Shown: in pieces, positions 27,101-39,754 of the stretch
Numbering within the stretch: position 1 is the stretch's first letter
Layout of the letters: each line of letters starts with the position of its first letter
From: Octopus sinensis
Lineage: Eukaryota
Assembly: GCF_006345805.1 (NCBI RefSeq)
Contig: NC_043004.1
Coordinates: 102,052,001-102,116,000, forward strand
Length of the DNA stretch: 64,000 nt
Direction of reading: 5' to 3'
Position numbers and translations under genes: made by a program
The notes under the pieces: model-generated
Told to the model about the DNA's origin: nothing
What the model saw: the letters and a program-made list of their open reading frames with translations, nothing else
Databases searched by the model: none

Positions 27101-27488
27101 GGAGGCGGAATGGCCCAGTGGTTAGGACAGCGGACTCGCGGTCGTAGGATCGCGGTTTCGATTCCCAGACCGGGCGTTGTGAGTGTTTATTGAGCGAAAA
27201 CACCTAAAAGCTCCACGAGTCTCCGGCAGGGGATGGTGGTGATCCCTGCTGTACTCTTTCACCACAACTTTCTCTCACTCTTACTTCCTGTTTCTGTTGT
27301 ACCTGTATTTCAAAGGGCCGGCCTTATCACTCTCTGTGTCACGCTGAATATCCCCGAGAACTACGTTAAGGGTACACGTGTCTGTGGAGTGCTCAGCCAC
27401 TTACACGTTAATTTCACGAGCAGGCTGTTCCGTTGATCGGATCAACCGGAACCCTCGTCGTCGTAACCGACGGAGTGCTTCCATCCCC
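27101..27488 (+). mobile_element. SINE family C, tRNA-derived, with 11-bp target-site duplication
   Basis: Head GGAGGCGGAATGGCCCAGTGGTTAGG...GGTTTCGATTCCC. TSD AGTAGTTGAGC at 27090-27100 and 27489-27499. Inserted inside a family B SINE. Confidence 0.92.
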
Positions 27489-28792
27489 AGTAGTTGAGCA
27501 CTGGGGTCGATTTAATCGTCTAACCCCCTACCCCGAAATTACTGGCTTTGTGTCAAAATTTGAAACCAACATAATTAAAGAATTTAATGTAGCCAGCCGG
27601 ACAAAATGCTAAGCGGCATTTCTTCCGGCTTTACGTTCTGAGTTCAAATATCGCCGAGGTCAACTTCACCTTTCATACTTTCGTGGTCGATTAAATAAAT
27701 ATCAGTTGAATGCTTCCACCCGTAAATGTTAAGCCTTGTACCTTTGGTAGATAGAATGCTATTAAAGAATGTAAAATGCCTAAGCATTTTAATTACCCTA
27801 GTGTTATTTATTTCAAACGTACCTTGCTTGAACTTTGGTTTGTAGTTTGTTTGAAATGAAATCGTTTGTCAAATTAAAAAAAAAAAAGACAAAAAAGACC
27901 CAATGAGGTTGATAATGTAGAAGACTGTGAACTAACAGAAGAATTAAAACACCCAGAAATTGAAACCGAATCGTTATCTCTCCTCACTGAGTAACATATT
28001 TGTTATCCTTCTGATTCCAAAACACGTAAATAAAAGTGATTGTTTTGAACGTTGAAGATTTTTTTTTTTCTTTTGATTATTATGTGTAGATTATTCAGCA
28101 TGGATGAACTCCAGTGAAATATTGCTTTAGCAAAGGCAACAATGGTCATTTGAATGTCTCATTTAGGCAGCTAATGACATACTTAGGCAGTTAATGACGT
28201 ACCGTTTGTGATAACTTATTGTTCCTTATCTTAAGTAAGCTTTGGGCATATCAGATTAATATGTCAGTAGCGTTGTCATCGTCGTCCTCATTTTTGCCGT
28301 CATCATCGCTGTTATCTGTCTTAATTGCTGTGTTGGTATATTTTGCTGATGCCAAACTAGTAAATCATAAAAGATTATCAAACCGTCAGACGATGAAAGA
28401 ATCCATTAGCGTGCTAAAATAAAAATAGTGCCGATCATATTACACTGGCTTCGAATTGTGTTACAATTATGTAGAGAATGATGACGAATAACTTTGTTCT
28501 AGGAAGAACAATTTTAGGAGAAACAGCGAAAAATAAAAGAAACATATAATCAACCGAATGACAATGTGCGGCCCACAGACCTTTCTTCCCAATTCTGGAA
28601 TGCCACCGGCCAGCTGAGGACCATGCTGCAAATTCCGATATGAAGAAATGAATCATAAAATACTGTGTGTTAGTCTGGACTTGTTACACTCTTTCTACAG
28701 TTCACAGATTCTGATAGTGACCATATTGAATTCGGGCGGAATGGATTCGGTCAGCACGAGACGATAACTGTTTCTCAGCATTTATCTTTGGT

Positions 28793-29165
28793 GTGTGGAA
28801 GCACTCCGTCGGTTACGACGATGAGGTTTCCGGTTGATCCGAATCAACGGAACAGCCTGCTCGTGAAATTAACGTGTAAGTGGCTGAGCACTCCACAGAC
28901 ACGCGTACCCTTAACGTAGTTCTCGGGGATATTCAACGTGACACAGAGAGTGACAAGGCCGGTCCCTTGAAATACAGGTACAACAGAAACAGGAAGTAAG
29001 AGTGAGAGAAAGTTGTGGTGAAAGAGTACAGCAGGGATCGCCACCATCCCCTGCTGGAGATGCGTGGAGCTTTTAGGTGTTTTCGCTCAATAAACACTCA
29101 CAACGAAACCGCGATCCTATGACCGCGAGTCCGCTGCCCTAACCACTGGGCCATTGCGCCTCCAC
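28793..29165 (-). mobile_element. SINE family C copy with 10-bp TSD
   Basis: Near-identical to 27101-27488. TSD TATCTTTGGT at 28783-28792 and 29166-29175. Confidence 0.92.
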
Positions 29166-29229
29166 TATCTTTGGTAGTGTATATCTCGGTATACTGTTTG
29201 GTGCTAGTGAAGCTATTCATATTAGAACT

Positions 29230-29600
29230 ACTTCTGTGTGCAAGTGTCACGCTTGTCTTGGTCGAGTGGAAGGGATTATTGGGAGTTGGGCATCCTTTCT
29301 GAGAACTCTATCTTGGGAAAGAAGGAGATACAGTAGACATGGTAGGTTTTAGTTTAAGTCTGTTGTTTAAGAGTCAAGTTTATAGGTGATCAGAGTAATG
29401 CTGAAGCAGTTATACTACAGTGTTTGGAGAATAGGGGGAGGCTTTGAGTGTGAGGTCATCTGCGCATGAAGCTATCAATGTTTTTTGTGATTGTGAGAAG
29501 TTCGTGTAGGTATAAATTGAAAAGAGTAGTTGAGTGGACGGATCCCTGCGGCACTTCATTCGTGAAATTGCATATTCTAAAAGAGTCACAATGTTCATTA
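29230..29600 (-). pseudogene. Decayed LINE reverse transcriptase (jockey/I-like)
   Basis: LLFSIYTYTNFSQSQKTLIASCADDLTL resembles PxLFNIYTxD...ASYADD; followed by ...LLNNRLKLKPTMSTV. Confidence 0.75.
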
Positions 29601-30029
29601 CATAATATTGACGGCCTAAAAGGTACTATGCAAATCAGTATTTGATGTTGTTTCTAAATGTGATGTTGACTATCTTTGTTTGAGTGGATACGGTCTTCCA
29701 CACAGTTTCCATCTACCAAATTCACTCTCAAGACATTGGTCGGTTCCAGATTATAACTGAAGATGCCCAAGTTTCACGCAGTGGGACTAAACCCCAATCC
29801 ACATGGCTGTACAAAACGAGCCTCTTATACACACATCCATGCCTGGGCCAAAATATTCAAAAGAAGAGTTATATAGCAAGGTTTTTCGCTTATTACTTAA
29901 CCACGTCTCACTCACAAGTAAACCCGTGCCATCAAAGTATTACCCCACCCAACAGATGAAGCGGGATCCCCACCTTAGGAATTGTTTTAAATATAACACG
30001 CAAGCAAAATGAACGTGTGACCAAAATAT

Positions 30030-30325
30030 GTTTGTTCCTTCTCGAGACACGGCTGGTTCATAAGGGCCGGTTTCCTGGTTTCCTTGGCGTATAAGTTCCC
30101 CACCTGGACGGGACGCCGGTCCGTCGCAGATGAGCTGCAAGATGCAGGAGGAAGGATTGAGAGTAACTTGTGGCGAAAGAGTCTACAGAAATTCGCCTTT
30201 ACCTTCTACCAGAGCCGCGTGGAGCTTAGGTGTTTCGCTCATAAACACACCCATCGCCCAGTCTGAGATTCGAACCCGCGACCGCGAATCCGCTGCTCTA
30301 ACCACTAGGCTGTGTGTCTTCACGT
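30030..30325 (-). mobile_element. SINE family C' (family C-type head and body, different 3' module)
   Basis: Shares GCCTAGTGGTTAGAGCAGCGGATTCGCGGTC...GAGCGAAACACCTAAGCTCCACG...ACTCTTTCGCCACAA with family C, then switches to GCGACGGACCGGCGTCCCGTCCAGGTGGGGAAC...GAAACCGGCCCTTATGA. Confidence 0.75.
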
Positions 30326-30689
30326 GGCTAAAATATAGGATTATTAATCCAATGGTTTTGACTTCATACCCTACTGTAGTCGTGTAGTCGTGTTACTTAT
30401 TTACTTTTCACTTTTGTTTCTATTTTTACTTTTTTTTTGGATAGAAAATATAGGTTTTCTGAATAAATTACCAGCAATATTTCAATTCTCTGTCCAGAAG
30501 AAGATTCATCTTCTCATAAGTTTAAAGCTATTCATATCAAACCTATGGTTTCACCTGGTTCAAATATATTATGTAGAGGTTAACAAAAAAAGAAAACACC
30601 TACAAACGAAGTATAATTGGGACCGATGTGTCAAAAGAATATTGATGGAACTTAAAAATTAAAACAGCCAACAAGTCAAAACACAACCG

Positions 30690-31198
30690 GCTAGATATTG
30701 CTGAGTGGGGCCACGAGGACAAGAACTATTCTGTTGTGGAAATCAACTTCCCTCTAGATACCTCTTCTCCCTAGAGCGAAGGCGGGAGAGATATGCGGTC
30801 CCAAACTTTGGCATTCAAAGTTACCCCAACCGCAGAACGGGGCGCCACTGCATGGTGCCAAAGATTCCAACATCACCATCAAAATACAGGACCAGATACT
30901 GCAACAGCTTTGGTTTCAGAGGACCACAGCTCTTCAACATCCTTCCTAAATGCCTGAGAGACTTGCATGGTGTGGATGTGGGTTTCTTTAAAACTAAACT
31001 GGATCTCTTCTTGTCGGGGGTCCCAGATGAACCTACCTCACGGCAGGAGACACAGATGCGGGCAGCGGCATCGAACGCCCTCGTTGACCAAATGCCACGT
31101 ATCAGTGATGGAATCACATATTAGTGTAGCTCATTCAGCGGTGGTGCCCCAGCATTGCCGTGGCCTTTGGGCTGAAACATTTTTAAGGATTTAAGGAT
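30690..31198 (+). mobile_element. 3' end of a CR1/L2-type LINE (ORF2 C-terminus, stop 31122-31124, 3'UTR, TTTAAGGAT tail)
   Basis: FSLERRRERY...NSFGFRGPQLFNILPKCLRD...FFKTKLDLFLSGVPDEP...RAAASNALVDQ, a typical CR1-clade ORF2 terminus. Confidence 0.85.
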
Positions 31199-32311
31199 GT
31201 ATGCCAATGTGGTTAGAATAAGAGAAGAGAAAGAGAACATCTATGGACTGTCAATAAGACATTTGCAAATCCAGTACCCAAGATACACTTTCAGTTTCAT
31301 ATCTATTATTATAGGAGCAACAGGATGCATAGCAGCTCGTCTGGAACAAAGTATGGCTGAACTTAGGATTTAGTGGGGAGAATCATTAATTCATACACTA
31401 TAAATGATCACGGTATCTGGGACTATAAAAATCTGCAAGACTTTCTTAAGGTTTAGAGGATGATGGACAAAACAAAACGCTTTCCTTCACAACCTCCCTA
31501 CCAAGTTGGTGGCCGGTCAAAATTTACACTAAATTAAAGAGAGAAAGAGAACGTACGTACGTACATACATACATACATACATACATACATACATACATAC
31601 ATACATACATACATACATACATACATACATACATACTTATGTATATGTATATATCTATGTTAGTATGTCCTTATTTTTGTCCCCTACCATTGCTTGACAA
31701 CCGGTGTTGGTTTGAGCTGGCAGAACCGTTAGCGCGCCGGGCGAAATGCGTAGCCGTATTTCGTCTGCCGTTACGTTCTGAGTTCAAATTCTGCTGAGGT
31801 TGACTTTGCCTTTCATCCTTTCGGGGTCGATAAATAAAGTACCAGTTACGCACTGGGGTCGATATAATCGACTTAATCCGTTTGTCTGTCCTTGTTTGTC
31901 CCCTCTGTGTTTAGCCCCTTGTGGGTAGTAAAGAAATATATTAACGTAACGGAAACTCAAAGGTTCGGCAAAAGTGACCGATAGATTACATATCAGACTT
32001 AAAGTTAATGTATGCTGTGGTTGGTTCCATTAAATGAAATCGTTCAAAGCAGCTTCTCAACATGGCTGCAGTTTCATGACTGACACAAGTAAAACATATG
32101 AAAAGGGATGGCTGTGCCGTAAGAAGCTTACTTCCCAACCATTTATAGTTCCAGGTTCAATCACTATATGGCACCTTGGGTAAGTGTCTTCTATTGTAGT
32201 CTCAAGCCGACCGAAGCTTTGTGAGTGGATACGATTGACGGAAACTGAAAGAAGCTCGTCATATATATATATATGCGTGTCTCTCTCTCTCCCTGTACGT
32301 GTGCTGTTTGC

Positions 32312-32351
<40 letters not shown>

Positions 32352-32445
32352 TATATATATATGTGACCATTCAATATGTGACCGCCTGTGTAGCGTTGGC
32401 GATTTTCTACCTCCGTCTTCCCTTCCTTGGACCTTTCTTTTTTCT

Positions 32446-32484
32446 ATGTTTCTGACGAAGAGCTCCACTCGAAACGTTATATCC
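32446..32484 (+). ncRNA. Minimal PLE-type hammerhead motif, partly decayed
   Basis: GTTT-CTGACGA-A-GAG-CTCCA-CTC-GAAA-CGTT-ATAT. The core is complete, stem II is 3 bp, helix III is ACGT, and stem I is weak. It is embedded in a PLE-like repeat (32375-32590) whose 3' part also occurs at ~17670-17730. Confidence 0.55.
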
Positions 32485-32589
32485 TCCTTCTTTCTTTCCT
32501 TTCCTGAGCGTCCAATAACGCTATACTTGTTCCACGTCCTCGCGTTGTTGTGTTTTCTCTTTGTTCATGTTTGGATTAACTATCTGACA

Positions 32590-32790
32590 ACCTATTCATT
32601 CTTTGTCAGTCGCAATGCTTAAGTAAGATGTGACATTTAAGTCCCGCCAACGATTTACAAAGGAGCCCACAGTTCCTGCAAGTATGAGGATTACAGATCA
32701 GTGCAGGTGGTATATTTACAGCCGCTTTTTTCCTTTGCCTTGCACCCCTAAACCTGTTAATGGAGGTTGCAACAAAATTTCTTATACCAT
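32590..32790 (-). mobile_element. RTE-type LINE C-terminal zinc finger remnant
   Basis: HTCRNCGLLCKSLAGLKCHILLKH, the same CxxC..C.SLAGLK.H motif as at 3.9 kb. Confidence 0.6.
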
Positions 32791-32890
32791 TTTGACACAA
32801 CGACAGTCCTGCATCTTTGCAGTCCAATGACTGAAACAAGTGAAAGATCAAAGATAGCACTTACGGGTTACATATATATATATATATATC

Positions 32891-32923
<33 letters not shown>

Positions 32924-33142
32924 AAATATATATATATATATTGGATAGTCAAGACTATTGAAAAGGTTGCAAGACGCAACGAAAATGTTAGGAAAATAAA
33001 AATAAGTGGAAATTTTACGGGTGAGTGTTACATTATGAGGCACAAAAAGAAAATGACTCTCCACAGACACAATAGAATATGCTTCAACACACGAACTCAC
33101 ATAAAGAATCTTGCAAACCAAATCCAAAAACGAAATATATAA

Positions 33143-33175
<33 letters not shown>

Positions 33176-33798
33176 TATCGACCTGGGATGATAGGATAAG
33201 TTAAACTTGTGTGGGATTTGAACTCAGACTAACAAAGGCAGAATGTTCAATGCTCTAATGATTCTGCTAATCCATAGCTAAACCATCCAACAACTCAACT
33301 AATCCTAATCTCAAGCTCTTATCAAAATAGCATTTACTGTGTTTATCCTCTTCTGGTTTCTGTAAAACTAATTACATTTTTTTTTATTGCTTCCCGTCGT
33401 TAGTAAAGAGAGCAAGGCCCAATATTCCACAGCTACCATCACCATCACCAATAACAACACCAAAAACAAAACCACCAACAGCATTATTACCACCACCACC
33501 ACCACCACTACCAACACTATCCGCGTGATCACTACTACTACTACTTCTACTACCATTGGGAACGAATCTATCCAATATATCACCAAGAGTGTTTTTATTC
33601 TCGTTAGATTTATACACGTAGTTGTTATTATAGCCATTACACCACTGATATATTTCCACAATACCGATAATCTTTTTCGCAGATCGATGGAAAGAAAAAG
33701 TATTCAAAACAAATGAAAAAAATAATAATAATTTTATTTATTTACTTTATTTTTTTTTTTCGTTTTTATGTTTCATTCAGTTCGTTTCTGAACCAAAT

Positions 33799-33835
<37 letters not shown>

Positions 33836-33878
33836 TATATATGTATAGTGGTGTGTGTGTTTGTGTGTGTGTTTGTGT

Positions 33879-33909
<31 letters not shown>

Positions 33910-33971
33910 TGTTTTTTGTTGTGTGTGTTAGTATGTATATATGTATGTATATGTACACATCTACCTAATAA

Positions 33972-34008
<37 letters not shown>

Positions 34009-34381
34009 CAGTTTTTCAAAATTTTCTGTGCCGAAGTTTTTCAGTCGGAGTGATTTCTTAACAAGACCATTGCTTCTTCGTCAAAGAATTGACAGAAACG
34101 GAATTATAGGCAAAGGAATATAAGCCTCTATTGGATGGGTGAACGGGATGTTAATATGGAATTATTGATTAGAATGGTATTTATAAAACCAATAACAGCT
34201 TGGCAAGGTCGTCTTCGCTTCTAACAGATTCCTCACCCTTCCCAAAGCAGCCAGCCATAAAATTTTTGAGCATTCTGAAGATATTTTACCATTCATTTTC
34301 TACACTTGAATGGATCAAGATATTCATATATATTTTGTGAGTGACGTGTGCGCACGCAAATATACATGAGTATATATTATA

Positions 34382-34457
<76 letters not shown>

Positions 34458-34539
34458 TATATATATATACATAATATATATACATATAGATATACATATA
34501 TATATATATATATATAATATATAATAGATATATATATAT

Positions 34540-34588
<49 letters not shown>

Positions 34589-34926
34589 ATATATATATAT
34601 ATATATATAATATATATATAATATACATACATACATTCAGACATATATACACAACACACCCCTGTGCAGAAAAAATACGCAACGCAAAAACAAAGAAGTG
34701 GGCGCACACTCATGCATATATATACACCAACATATATACATGAATGTATGTGTATACATCTATTGCATGTACATATACATATTATATATATATATGTGTG
34801 TGTGTGTGTACATATAATATATACATGTAAAAACATTTATGATATATATATATATAAACTCCACACATGAGAGATAGAGAGTGAGTGCTAAAGGCAATCA
34901 TCATGTAAATACATAATGTGTGTATA

Positions 34927-34997
<71 letters not shown>

Positions 34998-35004
34998 ATA
35001 TATA

Positions 35005-35077
<73 letters not shown>

Positions 35078-35228
35078 ATATACACATATATCGACGCAAA
35101 ACACACAGGCAAACAGGTAAAAAAGTCATCATTTCCAGTAACGAACACTTGTTTGACTTCACACATACACACATTTTTCTTTCTCCTTCCCCCTCACTCA
35201 CTCTCTCTCTATCTGTATCACTCTCTCA

Positions 35229-35266
<38 letters not shown>

Positions 35267-35311
35267 TATGTGTGCATTGCCTAGTGTGTGTGTACATATA
35301 TATTATTATAT

Positions 35312-35355
<44 letters not shown>

Positions 35356-35552
35356 GACGCACATATGTGTGTGCTTTTATGAATGTCTACATGTAGGTTT
35401 TGCGCATACGCTGTAAAAATTCTTGACGTGTAAATGCGACAATTGATAATTTGATTAGGTAAGCTTCACCGTATTGCATACGGCAATGCTTTTCTGCAGC
35501 ATTAGCTTTCTGTCCTGCTCATATATCCACTCAGCTTCTCTGCTTCGCTTTC

Positions 35553-35583
<31 letters not shown>

Positions 35584-37274
35584 TCTATTTATTTACTCTC
35601 TTTACTCTTTACTCTTTTACTTGTTTCAGTCATTTTGACTGCGGCCACGCTGGAGCACCGCCTTTAGTCGAGCAAATCGACCCCGGGACTTATTCTTTCG
35701 TAAGCCCAGTACTTATTCTATCGGTCTCTTTTTTGCCGAACCGCTAAGTGACGGGGACGTAAACACACCAGCATCGGTTGTCAAGTGATGTTGGAGGACA
35801 AACCAGACACACAAACATATACACACCACTTATATATATATATATAGATATATATATATTATATATATATATATATACGACAGGCTTCTTTCAGTTTCCG
35901 TCTACCAAATCCACTCACAAGGCATTGGTCGGCCCGGGGCTTTAGTAGAAGACACTTGCCCAAGATGCCACGCAGTGGGACTGAACACGGAACCATGTGG
36001 TTGGTTAGCAAGCTAATTACCACACAGCAACTCCTGCGCCTATTTATCTATTTATTTTTCTTTCAATCTATCCATCTATCTGTTCGCTCACAAGCCTACA
36101 CGCCTATCCATCTATCGCTTCATCCACGCATCCACCCATCCTTTTCTGCACTTCTCCGTCCATCGTTCGACCGCCTGCCTGCCTGTCTGTCTGTCTTTCT
36201 GTCTGTCTGTCTGTCTGTCTGTCTAGCTAGCTATCCAATCGTACATCCAGGTTACGCGCCTTAACCAAAACTCTGTAACATTCTCTGAACACCATAACTG
36301 GAGGAGCTTTCAATGAACTCAAGACTTGTTGGCTTACCTATGATACTGAATACGAAAAAGAGTGGCTGTGTGGTAAGTAGCTTGCTAACCAACCACATGG
36401 TTGCGGGTTCAGTCCCACTGCGTGGCATCTTGGGCAAGTGTCTTCTGCTATAGCCCCGGGCCGACCAATACCTTGTGAGTGGATTTGGTAGACGGAAACT
36501 GAAAGAAGCCCGTCGTAGATATGTATATATATATATATGTATGTATGTGTGTGTGTGATTGTGTGTCTGTGTTTGTCCCCTAGCATTGCTTGACAACCGA
36601 TGCTGGTGTGTTTACGTCCACGTCACCTAGCGGTTCGGCAAAAGAGTCCGATAGAATAAGTACTGGGCTTACAAAAAGAATCAGTCCCGGGGTCGATTTG
36701 CTCGATTAAAGGCGGTGCTCCAGCATGGCCGCAGTCAAATGACTGAGACAAGTAAAAGAGTAAAAGAGTATCATCACAAACAACGTTTCTTTACACGCTA
36801 AACAATCCCCACCAACACACATACACGTACGTCTTACCAAACCAACAAAAGCAACATTCCAACAAACATCTCCTTCTGCTTCTAACACCTCGAAATCATA
36901 GCCATTTGCCAAAAAACAGTTCTACTTCTTACCTCGAACCACTTACTAATTAAGTACTACCTTAGGGTGGCGGTCTACTGCAGAATCCTTAATCTACACC
37001 AATGGTTCTCAACCGGGGTCCACACGGCCCTTGGACGACCATACTCTTTACTCTTTACTCTTTCACTTGTTTCAGTCATTTGACTGCGGCCATGCTGGAG
37101 CACCGCCTTTTAGTCGAGCAAATCGACCCCAGGACTTATTCTTTGTAAGCCTAGTACTTATTTTATCGGTCTCTTTTGCCGAACCGCTAAGTTACGGGAA
37201 CGTAAACACACCAGCATCGGTTGTCAAGCGATGTTGGGGTGGAAATACACAGACACACAAACACAGACACACAA

Positions 37275-37314
<40 letters not shown>

Positions 37315-37739
37315 ACACACACAGACATATATATATATATATATATATATATACGACGGGCTTCTTTCAGTTTCCGATCCACCAAATCCACTCACAAGGA
37401 TTTGGTTAACCCGAGGCTATAGTAAAAGACACTTGCCCAAGGTGCCACGCAGTGGGACTGAACCTGGAACCATGTGGTTCGTAAGCAAGCTACTTACCAC
37501 ACTGCCACTCTTACGCCTTATATAGGATTTTGTTATCAAAATTTATTGGTTATGCTTCTACAATGCACAGAATACCTTAACAGTTTTAACAATTTTTTAT
37601 AAAGTTCCTAAAAATATTTAATCATAGAAATATATGACTTTTTAAACATCGACTGGCTTAAAAGGTCCATCCGAATAAAATAGGAATCGAGGGGGTTCAT
37701 AGGTAAAAAAAAAAGGGTTAAGAATCATTGGTGTACATT

Positions 37740-37930
37740 ATAGGATTTAGGTTTAGGGTTGGGAATATGTTTAGTGTTTAGGATTAAGTTTTGGGGTTTA
37801 GGGTTAGGGCTAGAGCTAGGGTTATGTTAAGAGTTTAGGGTTAGGGTTTTGGATTACGGTTAGGGTTTAAGATTAGGGTTAGGATTACGGTTTAGAGTTA
37901 GGGTTTAGGGTGAAGGTTGAGGTTACGATT
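37740..37930 (+). repeat. Degenerate TTAGGG-like repeat tract
   Basis: GGTTTAGGGTTAGGG-type variants repeated over ~190 bp. Confidence 0.8.
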
Positions 37931-38242
37931 AGACTGCACGCTAGGTAGATGGGAAGCTAAAGTGGAACCCTAATTACCATTATAATGCATTTGCATGCAA
38001 ATGCAGAAACAATAAAGCATTTTACAATCTTACTCACTCCTCATCTACATACTCACATTCCACCCGGATTACTGGTGGATATACTTGTGGATTTCACTGG
38101 ACTCTCCCGTTGATGAAAAATCGCTGCAATACACTACGACGTTTGAACCTTTTTGAACTTTTTCAACTTTCTGTTTTGTGGTTACTCTGTTTTTGTGTTT
38201 TTTTGTGTGTTTTTTTTCATTCTTTGTTTATTTTCTCTTATT

Positions 38243-38280
38243 CCTTTCTGTTGAAGAGCATATGCTCGAAACGTAAAATA
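38243..38280 (+). ncRNA. Variant minimal hammerhead motif (CUGUUGA)
   Basis: CCTTT-CTGTTGA-A-GAGC-ATAT-GCTC-GAAA-CGTA-AAATA. Stem II is perfect; core position A6 is replaced by U. Confidence 0.5.
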
Positions 38281-38475
38281 CTTCCCTGTTTGTTGTTTAT
38301 ACACCTGTCTTCGTCTTTTTTTTTCTGTAAACTTCAACCATTATATATATACATACATATATATAAAACATATATATATATATCTATTATATTATATTAT
38401 ATATATATATATATATTATATATATATATAAAAATATATATATTGTAATGTATGTTATGTATGTATGTATGTCTG

Positions 38476-38537
<62 letters not shown>

Positions 38538-39419
38538 TATATATATATATATATTAATCAATGAAATTCCAACTTAGTCTGATTTTCACGTTTTATTATT
38601 TGCAATCTTTACAATTTTTCAATATTGGAATAAACTGGTACTTTCATGTGTTATGCAATCATCAGGTTTATGTAGTGACAGTTGTGCTTCATTGTGGAAC
38701 ATCGACTTCAGTGCTAAGCTGGTATTTATTTTTACAACCTCGAAATGATGAAAGAAAAAAGACAACTCCGTGGAGTTTGAACTTGGAAGGTAAATAAGTT
38801 GTTAACAGTAATAATAATCGTTTCTACTATTATGAGAAGGCCTGAAATTTTTGAGGGGATGATTTAGTCGATTACACCAACCCCGTGCTTAACTAATACT
38901 TATATTTTAGACCCTGAAAGGATGAAAGGCAAAGTCAGCCTCGGCAGAATTTGAACTCTGAACATAAATAAGTTGTTCATAAATGTAATTATCATTATCT
39001 TTCCAAATGAAAACTTTTTTTCCACCTGGCTCATCTACAATCAATAGTACATATTTTTTTTCGGCTTACAAGTCGAATTTTTCAGACCCATATTTACAAC
39101 CAAAGAAAGGGATAAGATGATTTATACACCAAGACGATTTTGGAGAGCCAAAAATTCCATGTTAAACGCAGCAGGATTCGGAAAGAGAGTGACGATGTTT
39201 CAATGTCTATACTACCTGTTTTCCCTATACACTGCGGTCCACTTGTATGCCGGAAAATACGATAACTTAAATGTATCAGGACAATTCAGATTTAGCTGAA
39301 TAAATGAGTTCCAGCTGTTATCACAGGATGTAATCTATCTCAGATTTAATAATCTAAGGTCAATACTTTTTCAAAGACGATAGAGAGAATTGAAGAGGAT
39401 TTGGCTATTGTTTCTAAAG

Positions 39420-39754
39420 CAGAGGTTCTCAAATATTTTTTACTTATGAACACCTTTGATTATAATTTTATTCTAGTGGAGCCCCAAAGTCTTCGATGTT
39501 TAAATAGTAGTTTCAAAGAAACTTCTTTCAAAATTCCCTTTTCGTTTTTCACACATTAACTTGTGAAGATTGAACTATGTAAAATGTTAGAGAAAAAAAC
39601 CTAGCTTTTTCTTGCAATGTATAATACATACATCGAATGCAAAATTTTTTCAGGGGCCCTTAAAATGCTTTTATGGATCCTTAATTTTCTATTTTGTTGT
39701 GTGGACCCCCCCCCCCCCCCGAAATTTTATATGGACCCTGGTTGAGAACCGCTG
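39420..39754. mobile_element. hAT (Charlie-like) MITE with 8-bp TSD
   Basis: TIRs CAGAGGTTCTCAA / TTGAGAACCGCTG; TSD TTCTAAAG / CTCTAAAG. Confidence 0.85.

Noticed and set aside
27101-27175. tRNA gene
   Set aside because: The tRNA-like head runs into a ~390-bp repeat with TSDs and has no clean cloverleaf or terminator; it is a SINE head.
34370-34625. Irregular interruptions in long (TA)n tracts as a coded pattern
   Set aside because: Single-base indels in (TA)n are typical slippage or long-read consensus errors.
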